Counted from the stretch's first letter, positions 9,218-18,874 are shown. The stretch is DNA of 64,000 nucleotides from Bacillota bacterium (GCA_040880305.1 JBBDIP010000049.1:12676-76675); one strand, 5' to 3'. The notes: generated from the sequence alone by a model not told the origin. Program-made: numbers and translations.

Positions 9218-9568
9218 CTAGCCCTTTGGATTGAACAGCACGGCCATCAGGTATCCAAACACAACTGCAGCAGTTAAGGCGGACGCGGTGGCCCTAAGTC
9301 CCCCGGTAAGCAGCCCAAACAGGCCGATCTTCTGGGCATCCTCGACCATACCCGTGACCAGCGCGTGCCCGAAGCCAAACAGAGGGATCGTCGCGCCCGC
9401 CCCTCCCAACTTCACCAAGGGCGCATAGATCCCCAGCCCCGAGAGCACGGCGCCGGCGCTGACCGCCGAGACCATCACGATGGCCGGGTTTATCTTCGTA
9501 GCGTCCACAACTCCCTGCGCCAAGGCACACAGGGCGCCGCCAACGAGGAACGCCTTGAGGAGCGTCAT
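9218..9568 (-). CDS. spoVAE: stage V sporulation protein AE
   Basis: 116-aa polytopic protein, last gene of the spoVAC-AD-AE trio, 4-nt overlap with spoVAD. Confidence 0.85.
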   Translation of the reverse strand: MTLLKAFLVGGALCALAQGVVDATKINPAIVMVSAVSAGAVLSGLGIYAPLVKLGGAGATIPLFGFGHALVTGMVEDAQKIGLFGLLTGGLRATASALTAAVVFGYLMAVLFNPKG

Positions 9569-10608
9569 TCTCTCGCCTCCTTATGCTGCTCCGCTAGGTC
9601 TTCGGAGACCAAAGAGACCGCATGGGCGATGCACGGGATAGATTCTCCCTGCTGACACGCGGTGGGACTGTGCAACGCGCCGGTCGGGACCAGGAGCACC
9701 CTGCCTAAGACCCCGTTGTTGAGATCGGCCCATATCTTCGCGGCGAACACCGATCCGACGCAGCCGCAGCCTGAAGCCCCCGAGGCGATTTCCGGCTTCA
9801 TCTCGTATATCAGGAGAGCGGTATCCTGGTGTCGGGCCTTGACGTCCAACCCTTTTTGCTTGAGCAAGGCCAGAGCGATGTCAGAACCCACCCTACCCAG
9901 GTCCCCCGAGAATATGACGTCGTAGTCGTCCACCTCGCGCGCCATGTCCGAAAGGTGCCGCCAGACCGTGTCGGCGAAGGCCGGCGCCATAGCGGAGCCC
10001 ATGTCGTTGGCGTCCACTATGCCGTAATCCTGCACCCGGCCTATCGTGACCGCCTCCACCCTTGGCCCGCGCCCGCTGGGGGCGACCACGGCGGCTCCGG
10101 CCCCTGTGACGGTCCACTGGCTGGCCGGCACGCGCTGGTAGCCAAACTCGGTCGGATACCTGTACTGCCGCTCCGCCGTATCGTGGTGACTGGATGTGCA
10201 GACCAAGACGTTGCGGGCGAAGTGGCCGGCCACCAAGAACGAAGCTACCCCCAGCCCCTCCCCCATTGTGGCGCAGGCGCCGTAAAGACCCAGGTAGGGA
10301 ATGTCGTGCTCCCTCGCCACGTAGCTGGAGGAAACGATCTGGTTGAGCAGGTCTCCTGCCAGGAGGAAGTCCACGCCGGCGTCGGTGAGTCCCGCCTTTT
10401 CCATGGCAATGTCCCCGGCCTGCCGGAGCATGCGGGCCTCGGCCCGCTCCCACGAGACCTCGCCCGCAAGGGTGTCGTGGTAGACCAAGTCAAAAAGAGA
10501 CCCCAAGGGACCCTGACCTTCTCTCGGCCCCACGACGGAACCGGTGGAGACCACCACCGGCATGTCGGGGAACAGGCAGGTAGAAGATCCAATGCGGTCT
10601 AATCTCAC
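9565..10608 (-). CDS. spoVAD: stage V sporulation protein AD
   Basis: 347 aa with a thiolase/KAS-III-like fold. Typical SpoVAD size and position between spoVAC and spoVAE. Confidence 0.9.
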   Translation of the reverse strand: MRLDRIGSSTCLFPDMPVVVSTGSVVGPREGQGPLGSLFDLVYHDTLAGEVSWERAEARMLRQAGDIAMEKAGLTDAGVDFLLAGDLLNQIVSSSYVAREHDIPYLGLYGACATMGEGLGVASFLVAGHFARNVLVCTSSHHDTAERQYRYPTEFGYQRVPASQWTVTGAGAAVVAPSGRGPRVEAVTIGRVQDYGIVDANDMGSAMAPAFADTVWRHLSDMAREVDDYDVIFSGDLGRVGSDIALALLKQKGLDVKARHQDTALLIYEMKPEIASGASGCGCVGSVFAAKIWADLNNGVLGRVLLVPTGALHSPTACQQGESIPCIAHAVSLVSEDLAEQHKEARE

Positions 10609-11057
10609 TTGAACACGAAGACTCGAAGCAGACTCACGATTATAGCAGCAACACTCCCGTACACGATGACAGGCCCGGCTATCTGGAACATCCGGGCCGA
10701 GACCCCCAGGATGAACCCCTCGCGCTTGAACTCCAGGGCGGGCGAGACCATGGAGTTAGCGAAGCCGGTTATCGGCAGAGCAGCGCCCATGCCTGCGAAG
10801 GCTCCTATTCTGTCGTATATGCCCAGCCCGGTAAGAGTGGCGCCCAGCACCACCATGGCCGTGGACGTCATGGATTGAGAGAGCGTCAGCGGGATCTGCC
10901 TGGACACCAGATAATCCAGGATCACCTGGCCAACCACACAGATAGCGCCCCCGACCCAAAAAGCCACTGCGAGATTACGGAGCACCGGTCTTCGGGGGTG
11001 AAAGGTCTGGACTAGCCGGGCATAGGCCTCCTGCTCGCGGACGTTGACCCGCGTCAT
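10605..11057 (-). CDS. spoVAC: stage V sporulation protein AC
   Basis: 150-aa four-TM protein. ..GAALPITGFANS.. motif is typical of SpoVAC. Confidence 0.9.
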   Translation of the reverse strand: MTRVNVREQEAYARLVQTFHPRRPVLRNLAVAFWVGGAICVVGQVILDYLVSRQIPLTLSQSMTSTAMVVLGATLTGLGIYDRIGAFAGMGAALPITGFANSMVSPALEFKREGFILGVSARMFQIAGPVIVYGSVAAIIVSLLRVFVFK

Positions 11058-11260
11058 TTCATCTCATCCAGATACGCCACCTTGACGTTGGCCTTGTACT
11101 CGACGATCTCGCCGTTCTTGACGTTGGCGGTCCAATTGAGGACCTCGACGCCGCTAATAGTAGGGACCTTTGCGGCCGCCTCGCGAACCGCTTGGTTGGC
11201 GGCGTCGCTCCAGTCCTTGTGGGACTGTCCTACCAGTTCCAGAACTCTTACTACCGGCAT
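11054..11260 (-). CDS. dodecin-family small protein
   Basis: 68 aa. The pattern V.ELVG.S....DA...A...A.K......VEV.......NG.I.EYK..VKVA aligns by eye with bacterial dodecins such as the Thermus one. 4-nt overlap with spoVAC. Confidence 0.6.
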   Translation of the reverse strand: MPVVRVLELVGQSHKDWSDAANQAVREAAAKVPTISGVEVLNWTANVKNGEIVEYKANVKVAYLDEMK

Positions 11261-11288
11261 AGTAGAAGGTCATCTCCTCGCGATGAAT

Positions 11289-11984
11289 TCACTTGCCCCG
11301 GTAGTATTCCCTCAAGTTCATGAGGGCTTTCTTCTCGAGTCGCGACACGTGGGCCTGGGAGATCCCGAGTTCCCTGGATATCTCAGATTGGGTCCTGCCC
11401 AGGAGGAACCTTCCTCTTACGATGGCCTGCATGTCCGGCCCCAAGCGCTCCAGCGCTTCTTGCAGGTCAACCGAGTCCTCTCTGGCTGCCGACTGGTCCC
11501 CGGACGCCTCTTTTTCAACGTAGCCAGGGACGTCCTCCAGGTACAGGACCGAAGATGCAGCTTCCATAGCCTCCAGTACCGTGTCCGGCGGCACGCCCAA
11601 AGCGCGCGCTATGTCGGTGAGTGGGGGTTCCGCGCCGGACTTTGCCGTCATTTGCTGCCGGATCTTACCGGCCTGAAAGGCTATCTCTCGCAGGCGTCTA
11701 TCCACCTTGACCAGGGCGTTATCACGCAGGTAGCGGCGCACCTCGCCCAGGATGTGGGGCACCGCGAACGTCGAAAAGACCACTCCGTAAGTGGGGTCGA
11801 AGCGGTCGATGGCTTTGAGTAAACCGATGGAACCCAACTGGAAAAGATCGTCCTTCTCGAGGAGCCCTGCATACTTCCTTATGCAAGCCCAGATGAGCCC
11901 CGTGTTGGACGCGAATATCTCGTCCCGCGCACGCTTGTCGCCGCTCTGCGCTCGCAGGAAAAGCAACTGGTCTAGGCGCTGCAT
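11289..11984 (-). CDS. sigF: RNA polymerase sporulation sigma factor SigF
   Basis: Sigma-70 regions 2-4 (..DLFQLGSIGLLKAIDRFD.., ..RTQSEISRELGISQAHVSRLEKKAL). Third gene after spoIIAA-spoIIAB. Confidence 0.9.
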   Translation of the reverse strand: MQRLDQLLFLRAQSGDKRARDEIFASNTGLIWACIRKYAGLLEKDDLFQLGSIGLLKAIDRFDPTYGVVFSTFAVPHILGEVRRYLRDNALVKVDRRLREIAFQAGKIRQQMTAKSGAEPPLTDIARALGVPPDTVLEAMEAASSVLYLEDVPGYVEKEASGDQSAAREDSVDLQEALERLGPDMQAIVRGRFLLGRTQSEISRELGISQAHVSRLEKKALMNLREYYRGK

Positions 11985-12391
11985 CGTCGCTTGATCATCC
12001 GGACCCGGGTCCCGCCGCCGGGAGTAGATTCGAGGTAGAGGTCATCGGTGAACGACTCCATGAAGGATAGGCCCAGCCCCATGTGGTCGGACGCCGTAGT
12101 GAACCCGGGTTCTCGCGCTCTAGCCAGATCGGGAATGCCGACCCCCTGATCCTCCACTTCCACGACCAGCCCATCGCCATCGGCGTAAGCCGTCAAAGCA
12201 ACGTCGCCCTCCCCGCCCGGATAGGCGTGGAGCACGGCATTGGAAACCGCCTCAGATACCGCTACCTTGATCTCCTCAATATCCGGCACTGTGAAGTCCA
12301 GAGAGGCGGCGAATGTGGCCACAGCTATGCGGGCCACCCCGACGTTGGATGGGACACATGATAAGCGAAGGTAGATGCGGTTTTTGCTCAC
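11972..12391 (-). CDS. spoIIAB: anti-sigma F factor (serine kinase)
   Basis: HATPase_c motifs ..EAVSNAVLHAY.., ..DQGVGIPD.., ..GLGLSFME.. Confidence 0.9.
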   Translation of the reverse strand: MSKNRIYLRLSCVPSNVGVARIAVATFAASLDFTVPDIEEIKVAVSEAVSNAVLHAYPGGEGDVALTAYADGDGLVVEVEDQGVGIPDLARAREPGFTTASDHMGLGLSFMESFTDDLYLESTPGGGTRVRMIKRRCSA

Positions 12392-12771
12392 ACCCCTTCA
12401 CCCCCTTCGGATTTTGCGGAGGAGCCGCCCAAGGCCAAGCGGAAGGCGTCTTCCTCGGTGCGGGCGACGGGGAGAAGCGAGGCCAGTCCAGCCATCTCTA
12501 ACATGGACAGGACCTTGGGAGGGACGGCCGCCAGGACCAGATGACCGCCCCCTGCGGTGACCTGCCGCATGCGCCCCAAGATGGCGCCAAGCCCCGTGGA
12601 GTCCACGAAATCCAGGCCGCGCAGGTTCAGGACCAAGTTCGGCACGCCGGTGGCGCGAAGCTCCTGGTCCACGCGTTCCTTGAAGACAGAAGCCGAAGAC
12701 AAGTCGAGTTCCCCGGACATCTTCGCAACCAAACACGAAGGTCCGCGGTGAAAAGAGAGGTTCATGCCCAT
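12388..12771 (-). CDS. spoIIAA: anti-sigma F factor antagonist (STAS)
   Basis: STAS domain with the phosphorylatable Ser in ..LDFVDSTGLGAILG.. Confidence 0.9.
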   Translation of the reverse strand: MGMNLSFHRGPSCLVAKMSGELDLSSASVFKERVDQELRATGVPNLVLNLRGLDFVDSTGLGAILGRMRQVTAGGGHLVLAAVPPKVLSMLEMAGLASLLPVARTEEDAFRLALGGSSAKSEGGEGV

Positions 12772-12844
12772 ACACTCCCATACCGGAGTTCTTTGTCAGC
12801 AGGGTTCAACGGTGAACGGGCATTTCCCTTTTTTTGGCATCCAC

Positions 12845-14032
12845 CTACCTGCCCAACGTGAACGCTCGCAGGTACCGTGCCGCGTAATCGAGGAAGCTGG
12901 CGCGCTCGACCGCATCCCTTGCGACCAGCGGGATTTCCCCCACTTTCTCGCCGTCCACTTCTATCTTGACGGTGCCCAGCACTGCGCTTTTCTTGACCGG
13001 GGCGACTACCTCAAGCAGGGCGATGGAACGCCGGACCTCACCCTTCTGACCCTTGTTCAGGGTGACTGCGAACGGCGCCTCGGGTACCAGGATGAGTGTG
13101 TCTTCTTGCCCTTTGAGGACCCGCGCCTCGGCGATGGATTCTCCCTCCTTGAGGATTGGAAGCGATCTGAAGTTTGCAAAGCACCAGTCCAAGAGCCTCC
13201 AAGCGTCATTTTGGCGCTGGTCGGGAGTCTCCGCCCCCATGAGGGCGATTAGGAACCTGGACCCATCCCTCTGGGCGGTAGCCGACAGACAGTAGAGGGA
13301 CTTGCTGGTCATCCCGGTCTTAAGGCCGTCGGCCCCCGGGTACAGGTAGACCAGCTTGTTGAAGTTTGTGAGCATGTTCTTGCCGCCCCTGAACTCCTGC
13401 TGGTAGATCTTGGTGTACTCCAGGAGGTGGGGCACGGTGACGGCGTGGCGGGACAGGACCGCGAGGTCCATCGCGGTGGTCAGATGTCCGTCCGCGTCCA
13501 ACCCGTGAGGGTTCTCGTAATGGGTGTCGTTCATGCCCAATTCCTTGGCCCTCTGGTTCATCCTGGCGACAAAACCTTCCTCGGTGCCGTCCAGGAACTC
13601 GGCCACCACCACGGCTGCGTCGTTGGCCGACGCCACGGCGACCGCGCAAATCCACTGGTCAAGGGGCATGCTCTCGCCGGGCTCGGCCCACACTTCGGTC
13701 CCGCCCAGCTCCCAGGCGTTTTCGCTGCACACGGCCTCATCGGTGAGTTTGACCTTGCCCGCCGCCACGTCCTCGAGCGCCAGGACCAGGGTCATTATCT
13801 TGGTTACGCTGGCCGGGTTCCTCTTCACTTGGGAGTCCTTTTCGAACAGCACTTTGCCCGAGACAGCGTCCATGACCACGCACGACGGGGTATCCACCTT
13901 GGGAGCCGGTATCTGGACTGATGAGGGAGCGGGCGCCGCCAACGCGCTTGCTCCCGGGATGACCCCCACTATTAAGGATAGGACCAGCGGAAGCAAAATG
14001 AGGAATCGTCTGTGTCGGCTGGGTAAATGCAT
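12845..14032 (-). CDS. dacF: D-alanyl-D-alanine carboxypeptidase (DacF-like, S11)
   Basis: Signal peptide, SxxK motif PASVTKIMT, SGN-like and KTG (LKTGMT) motifs. Upstream of spoIIA, as in B. subtilis. Confidence 0.85.
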   Translation of the reverse strand: MHLPSRHRRFLILLPLVLSLIVGVIPGASALAAPAPSSVQIPAPKVDTPSCVVMDAVSGKVLFEKDSQVKRNPASVTKIMTLVLALEDVAAGKVKLTDEAVCSENAWELGGTEVWAEPGESMPLDQWICAVAVASANDAAVVVAEFLDGTEEGFVARMNQRAKELGMNDTHYENPHGLDADGHLTTAMDLAVLSRHAVTVPHLLEYTKIYQQEFRGGKNMLTNFNKLVYLYPGADGLKTGMTSKSLYCLSATAQRDGSRFLIALMGAETPDQRQNDAWRLLDWCFANFRSLPILKEGESIAEARVLKGQEDTLILVPEAPFAVTLNKGQKGEVRRSIALLEVVAPVKKSAVLGTVKIEVDGEKVGEIPLVARDAVERASFLDYAARYLRAFTLGR

Positions 14033-14067
14033 TTTCGCGCGCCTCCAAGTTTTGATATCCTTGTCTT

Positions 14068-15000
14068 ATGATTTCCCTCTTGTACGTCCTTATAGGCGCA
14101 ACCCTCGGCTTCTGGCGTCCTTCAGTCCTTCGGCGCTTCGAGTGCCTTTCATCGCGCGCGCTAGACATCCTTTTGCTCGCCCTACTCTTCTTCACGTCAA
14201 CAACTTTTGGGCTCGATGGCGAGGTCAGGGGGTCTTTGGGGAGGCTCGGGGCCGCTTCGCTGGTGACAGCCGTGCTGGTGGTCGCGGCATCGGCGGCCGC
14301 AGGCTGGCTCTGGGGCAGACGATTTGCCACCGCGGCGGATAGTAGCGCCGCGCCCGTCGCTGCGGCCTCGTCGACGCAGGCCAAGACTATGTCGGCTTTG
14401 GTCGGATCTTCAGCCATCGCGGGGTGGCTGCTCGGATGGCTGCTGGGGTGGCTGACACAGGCGCCGGGCGCCGCCGCTTTGACCGGAGCGATGTCCGGTC
14501 TGTGTCTTAATGGACTCTTGCTAGTCATTGGGTACGACCTGGGCAAAGTGAGGATCTGGCGGAGGATATTGGAATACGGGGCCGTGTCGCTGACCCTTCC
14601 TCTGTCGGTGGGCCTCGCGAGTCTCGCGGGGGCGGCGGTTGCGGCGGCGCTGGTGAGAGTACCACTAGGGCGCGCCCTCTGTGCCGGCTCGGGCTTTGGA
14701 TGGTACTCAATGGCAGGGGCAGTGGCGTTGGAGGAGGCGGGAGCTGAGATAGGGGCCTATGTGTTCCTTTCAAACCTCTTGCGGGAACTCATCACGATCC
14801 TCGCGGCGCCCTTCCTTTCGGGCCGCGTCCCCCCCGTCGTAGGAGCTGCCATGGGCGGGGCTACGTCCATGGACTCGACCCTCCCGGCAATAACGCGATC
14901 GTTCGGTCCCATGGGGGCGGTGTGGGGGCTGATAACAGGAACAGGACTCTCTCTTGTGAGCCCGTTCCTGCTAAACCTATTCTTGAGACTGCCTCTGTAG
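14068..15000 (+). CDS. LysO/YbjE-family (DUF340) membrane protein, fused form
   Basis: Polytopic membrane protein. The N-terminal ~90 aa and C-terminal ~190 aa resemble the two parts of DUF340/LysO, joined by an Ala/Ser-rich linker that contains GWLLGWLLGWL. Confidence 0.6.
   Translation: MISLLYVLIGATLGFWRPSVLRRFECLSSRALDILLLALLFFTSTTFGLDGEVRGSLGRLGAASLVTAVLVVAASAAAGWLWGRRFATAADSSAAPVAAASSTQAKTMSALVGSSAIAGWLLGWLLGWLTQAPGAAALTGAMSGLCLNGLLLVIGYDLGKVRIWRRILEYGAVSLTLPLSVGLASLAGAAVAAALVRVPLGRALCAGSGFGWYSMAGAVALEEAGAEIGAYVFLSNLLRELITILAAPFLSGRVPPVVGAAMGGATSMDSTLPAITRSFGPMGAVWGLITGTGLSLVSPFLLNLFLRLPL
14422..14457 (+). repeat. in-frame 12-bp tandem triplication inside the LysO-like gene
   Basis: gggtggctgctc / ggatggctgctg / gggtggctgaca, encoding GWLL-GWLL-GWLT. 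Confidence 0.85.
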
Positions 15001-15015
15001 CGTAACCTGAGCGCT

Positions 15016-15936
15016 CTACGCTCTCGGATGGCTCTTCGCGTAGACGTCCTTCAGCCGGTCCTTGGTGACATGTGTATAGATCTGAGTCGTCGAGATGTCG
15101 GCGTGCCCCAACATCTCCTGGACCGCGCGGATGTCAGCGCCGTTCTCAAGAAGGTGGGTCGCAAACGAGTGCCGGATCGTGTGAGGCGTGATCTCCTTGC
15201 GGATCTGAGCCAGGGCAGCGTACTTTTTGACGATCTTCCAGAAGCCCTGGCGGGTTAGCCTTTTCCCGTGGTGGTTCACGAACACCGCTTTTTCTTTGGG
15301 ATCGGCGATCACTTTTTGCCGAGCGCTGTCGAGGAACGAGCGTAGCGCCCCTATTGCCATCTCGCCCATGGGTACCACCCGCTCCTTGGACCCTTTGCCC
15401 ATGCAGCGGATGAAGCCCTCCCGGAGGTCGACATCGGATACATTGAGGTTCACCAGTTCCGAGACGCGGATCCCGGTGGCATAAAGCAGTTCGAGCATGG
15501 CTTTGTCTCTCTTGCCGACCGGGTTCTGGATATCGGGCTGGGCGAGCAGGCGCTCGACCTCCTCCACGGTAAGCACCTTGGGGAGCTTGCGCTCCAGTTT
15601 GGGCGATGAGAGGTCATCGGTCGGGTCCTGGGCGACGTAGTTCTCCTTGAGAAGGAACTGGTAGAACGCCTTTAACGCGGCCAGACGGCGGGCGATGGTG
15701 GCGGTCGCCTTTCCCTGCTTTCGCAAGTACATTAGGTAAGCCACTATGGTGGACTGAGAGGCGTTGGCGAGAGAAGGCACTGCGGCTGAGTCTCCGGTCA
15801 AAAAGCCGTAGTACTGCTTTAGGTCCCGGCTATAGGACTCCAGGGTGTTATCGGCGAGTCCCCTCTCGTGGCCAAGGTAGTCTATGAACTCCTGTATGAG
15901 ACTCTCCACGACCACCATCCTCCCCCCCACCTTCAA
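15016..15936 (-). CDS. xerD: tyrosine recombinase XerD
   Basis: Phage-integrase SAM-like N-domain. Catalytic ..HTIRHSFATHLL..GADIRAVQEMLGHADISTTQIYTHV.. (R-H-R-Y). Confidence 0.85.
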   Translation of the reverse strand: MKVGGRMVVVESLIQEFIDYLGHERGLADNTLESYSRDLKQYYGFLTGDSAAVPSLANASQSTIVAYLMYLRKQGKATATIARRLAALKAFYQFLLKENYVAQDPTDDLSSPKLERKLPKVLTVEEVERLLAQPDIQNPVGKRDKAMLELLYATGIRVSELVNLNVSDVDLREGFIRCMGKGSKERVVPMGEMAIGALRSFLDSARQKVIADPKEKAVFVNHHGKRLTRQGFWKIVKKYAALAQIRKEITPHTIRHSFATHLLENGADIRAVQEMLGHADISTTQIYTHVTKDRLKDVYAKSHPRA

Positions 15937-16076
15937 AGAAAATCCATTTTGCTTCTCTATGTTTCCCTACAAGCGGCGAAATATCCTACCGCAAGAAATG
16001 TCTTCCTAGAAGTCTTATGTTAGGTGCTGGGGATCTATACACGTTGGGAGGAAACGATTGGCACTTTGTGGGACGA

Positions 16077-16102
16077 GAGAGGGGCCCTTGAGGACCCCTC
16101 TC
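16077..16102 (-). terminator. hairpin downstream of ald
   Basis: GAGAGGGG-cccttgagga-CCCCTCTC, 8-bp GC-rich stem, 33 nt after the ald stop. No clear U-tract on the minus strand. Confidence 0.35.
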
Positions 16103-16134
16103 GTTTCATGTCAGGAAAGAGTGAGGCACTCTCC

Positions 16135-17253
16135 TCACGCCAGGATCTTCTCCAGCGGGGTGTACGGCAAATTGTGCGCCTGAGAAACCGCCTGGTAGGT
16201 GACCTGACCCTCGGTAACGTTTACGCCCTTGGCCAAAGCCGCGTTCGCTTTCACCGCGCCCTTGAAGCCCTTGTTGGCCAGAAGTAGAGCGTAAGGCAGA
16301 GTCGCGTTGGTCAGAGCCAGAGTCGAGGTCCTGGGAACGGCTCCCGGTATGTTCGGCACTGAGTAGTGGACCACGCCGTACTTGGTGAACGTGGGGTCCG
16401 AGTGGGTGGTCGTATGGTCCATGGTCTCGATGCATCCGCCCTGGTCGATGGCGACGTCGACGATGACCGAGCCGGGCATCATGTTTTGGACCATCGCCTC
16501 GGTCACCAGTTTTGGCGCCTTTGCTCCAGGGATTAGAACAGCTCCCACGGTCAGGTCAGCGGTCTTCACAGCATCAGCGATGTTGAGCGAGTTGGACGCC
16601 AGCGTCTGTACGCGGGCTCCAAAGATGTCGTCGAGGTAACGCAGCCTGTCGAGGTTAAGGTCGATTATGGTAACCTTGGCTCCCAGGCCAACAGCCATCT
16701 TGGCGGCGTTGGTCCCAACTACTCCGCCTCCGACGATGACCACTTCGCAAGCCGGCACTCCCGGCACTCCACCGAGGAGGACTCCCCTGCCGCCGTGCCT
16801 CTTTTCAAGGAAGTGGACTCCAACCTGAATTGCCATCCTGCCGGCGATCTCGCTCATGGGCGTAAGAAGCGGCAGGCTCCGGTTGGGTAGTTCCACTGTC
16901 TCATAAGCCACAGCGTCGACGCACTTGTCAATGAGCACCTTGGTGAGCTCGGGGTCGGGCGCGAGGTGGAAGTATGTGAAAACCAGAAGACCTTTTCTCA
17001 TGTAGGGGAACTCAGAATGGAGCGGCTCCTTGACCTTAATGATCATGTCAACCGTTCCCCAGACTGATGCGGCGTCGGGAAGCATCTTAACTCCCGAAGC
17101 AGCGTAGGCTGCGTCTTTAAAACCGCTGCCAACTCCCGCGCCCTTCTCCACGAAAACCTGGTGCCCTGCGCTGACTAGCGCCTGCGCGCCGGCCGGCGTG
17201 AGCGAAACCCGGTTCTCGTCAGGCTTTATCTCTCTCGGTACTCCGACTTTCAA
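16135..17253 (-). CDS. ald: alanine dehydrogenase
   Basis: [18 protein letters not shown], Rossmann motif [14 protein letters not shown], full-length 372 aa. Confidence 0.92.
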   Translation of the reverse strand: MKVGVPREIKPDENRVSLTPAGAQALVSAGHQVFVEKGAGVGSGFKDAAYAASGVKMLPDAASVWGTVDMIIKVKEPLHSEFPYMRKGLLVFTYFHLAPDPELTKVLIDKCVDAVAYETVELPNRSLPLLTPMSEIAGRMAIQVGVHFLEKRHGGRGVLLGGVPGVPACEVVIVGGGVVGTNAAKMAVGLGAKVTIIDLNLDRLRYLDDIFGARVQTLASNSLNIADAVKTADLTVGAVLIPGAKAPKLVTEAMVQNMMPGSVIVDVAIDQGGCIETMDHTTTHSDPTFTKYGVVHYSVPNIPGAVPRTSTLALTNATLPYALLLANKGFKGAVKANAALAKGVNVTEGQVTYQAVSQAHNLPYTPLEKILA

Positions 17254-17372
17254 ACCCTCATCCCCTTTACAGTTCTAAGCAAACCATAACCGTAGTCAAG
17301 ATCAACCAGAAGATTCTACACTTGTCCAATAGATCCTTCTAGCGCAAATCGAAGGAGGAGAGCCGAGGAAGC

Positions 17373-17966
17373 TCAGAACCCGGTCGTTCGGGCGAGCAGG
17401 AGCGGCGAGATGTAGGCCTCAACCAGCGAAGACACTACCAAACCGAGGGATACCAGGGCAAACCTCCAGGAGTAGCCCGCGGCCATTTTCCAGAGCCCTC
17501 CGTAGGTCCAAGGACGGTCCCTCACCAGGGCAAGGGAAAACGACACGGACAGGGCGGACAAAACCAGGACCGCCGGCACCGCGAAGAGGTTGTGGGGGAG
17601 CATCCCGCAGAGGAAAACGGCTACCCCGCCGGTAGAGACCTCTTTCACGACGAATGCGGACCCGAACCCGACGGCAAATCCACGGGCCAGGAGCAGAAGG
17701 CACGTGAGGGGCGTACCGATCACCGCAAGGCCAAAACCCCAGAGCAGCACCGCGGTCTTGGCGTTTTGGGCAATCGACAGTCTGAAAATGGCGCTCGAGG
17801 AGAGCCCGGGGTTCTCCAGGCCGCGCATGAATACCTCAAGGTAGGAGACAAGCTCGGCCTTTTCGTCGGGCGAGAGAACGCGAAGGCCCAGGATTCCCAT
17901 GGAGAGGCCCGCGACGAAAAGGACCAGGCACAAGATGAAAGGCGACAGGTTCTGGACCTTGCGCAC
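17373..17966 (-). CDS. spoIIM: stage II sporulation protein M
   Basis: 197-aa polytopic protein, ..LPHNLFAVPA.. motif, SpoIIM-like topology. Confidence 0.82.
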   Translation of the reverse strand: MRKVQNLSPFILCLVLFVAGLSMGILGLRVLSPDEKAELVSYLEVFMRGLENPGLSSSAIFRLSIAQNAKTAVLLWGFGLAVIGTPLTCLLLLARGFAVGFGSAFVVKEVSTGGVAVFLCGMLPHNLFAVPAVLVLSALSVSFSLALVRDRPWTYGGLWKMAAGYSWRFALVSLGLVVSSLVEAYISPLLLARTTGF

Positions 17967-18038
17967 AGCGTTTGCCCCCCCGGTCTTCGCATGACCAAGA
18001 CAAACCTATGAGGGGGGCCGGAGGAACATGCCAGCGCT

Positions 18039-18860
18039 TTACCGGACCGGCGGGCGGTCGGGGACATCCTCCTCGAGGGGCAGGGCCGGCTTTTCAGGCT
18101 CGGTTACTGTGGGATTGACCGGCGAACCGGCGGGAAGAGGCGGCGGAACTCTCTGTGCAGGCCCATCGTCTGCGGGCTTCGTAGTGCCTTTTTGGGGGAG
18201 CACTTCCATCCTTCTGTTCATGGCGTCCATAGTCGCGCGCACGCAGGCCTCGCGCAGATCGCGCTTCACCAGGGCGCACCCAACCATCTGCTCCTGGTTC
18301 CGCCTGGGAGTCAAGAGGTCAAGGAGAACGGCGACGCTCCGGTACTGCCCGATCTCGACGGTGGCGACGTCATCGACAAAAAACGCGTTTGGGGGCTCCA
18401 GGGTGAGGTTGCCTGCCAGGCAGGTAGCCCTGGCGACCCCCAACAGCGTCGATACTTCGGTGGAATCAGATACGGCTTTGCCCACGTATGACGGGCTCTG
18501 GCCGTCGCCGGACCGGTCCAAAGTCACCACTATCTCGCTCTTGCCGGTTCTGGCGTCGGTCTTGACCTCAAGACCGGAGTAGCGAAGGCGACTTGACGGT
18601 TCGGGCATACCTGCCTGGATCTGGGCGATCGATACTTTGCGGCGGTCGACTGTGATGTCCCACTGCGCCTTCAGTGCGCTCTGGACGTCACGGACAATCT
18701 GCTTGGGGTTTCGCCCAAGCCCGGTGAGGATGTGGATCTCCTCAATGGCGCCCCAGTCGTTCACCACGACTCGGGCCTTCTGGATGCCTGGGAGGCAGAC
18801 CAGAAGCGATTCGATATCTTTCACGCTCACCGTTCTCCGCTCGCTCACACACAACCCCAC
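18039..18860 (-). CDS. uncharacterised protein, Pro-rich C-terminal tail
   Basis: 273-aa ORF starting 14 nt after the oxidoreductase gamma-subunit stop. Coding-like composition. No family recognised by eye. Confidence 0.5.
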   Translation of the reverse strand: MGLCVSERRTVSVKDIESLLVCLPGIQKARVVVNDWGAIEEIHILTGLGRNPKQIVRDVQSALKAQWDITVDRRKVSIAQIQAGMPEPSSRLRYSGLEVKTDARTGKSEIVVTLDRSGDGQSPSYVGKAVSDSTEVSTLLGVARATCLAGNLTLEPPNAFFVDDVATVEIGQYRSVAVLLDLLTPRRNQEQMVGCALVKRDLREACVRATMDAMNRRMEVLPQKGTTKPADDGPAQRVPPPLPAGSPVNPTVTEPEKPALPLEEDVPDRPPVR

Positions 18861-18874
18861 CAGTCATAAGTCCT

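Noticed and set aside
12772-12844. Sigma-H-like promoter (AGGGAAAT-N14-GAAC) upstream of spoIIAA
   Set aside because: It only partly matches the RNAGGAWWW / RNNGAAT consensus. It cannot be supported without comparative data.
13737-14546. 269-aa minus-strand ORF overlapping the dacF start and the LysO-like gene
   Set aside because: It is antisense to a convincing membrane-protein gene. Its composition is R/P/A/S-rich and low in complexity (HPSSHPSSHP comes from the antisense of the 12-bp repeat). This is typical of spurious frames in GC-rich DNA.
15016-15936. Integrase as a marker of a mobile element
   Set aside because: The sequence and context (near spoIIM, as B. subtilis ripX/xerD is) indicate the housekeeping XerD recombinase. 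No att-like repeats or phage genes lie nearby.
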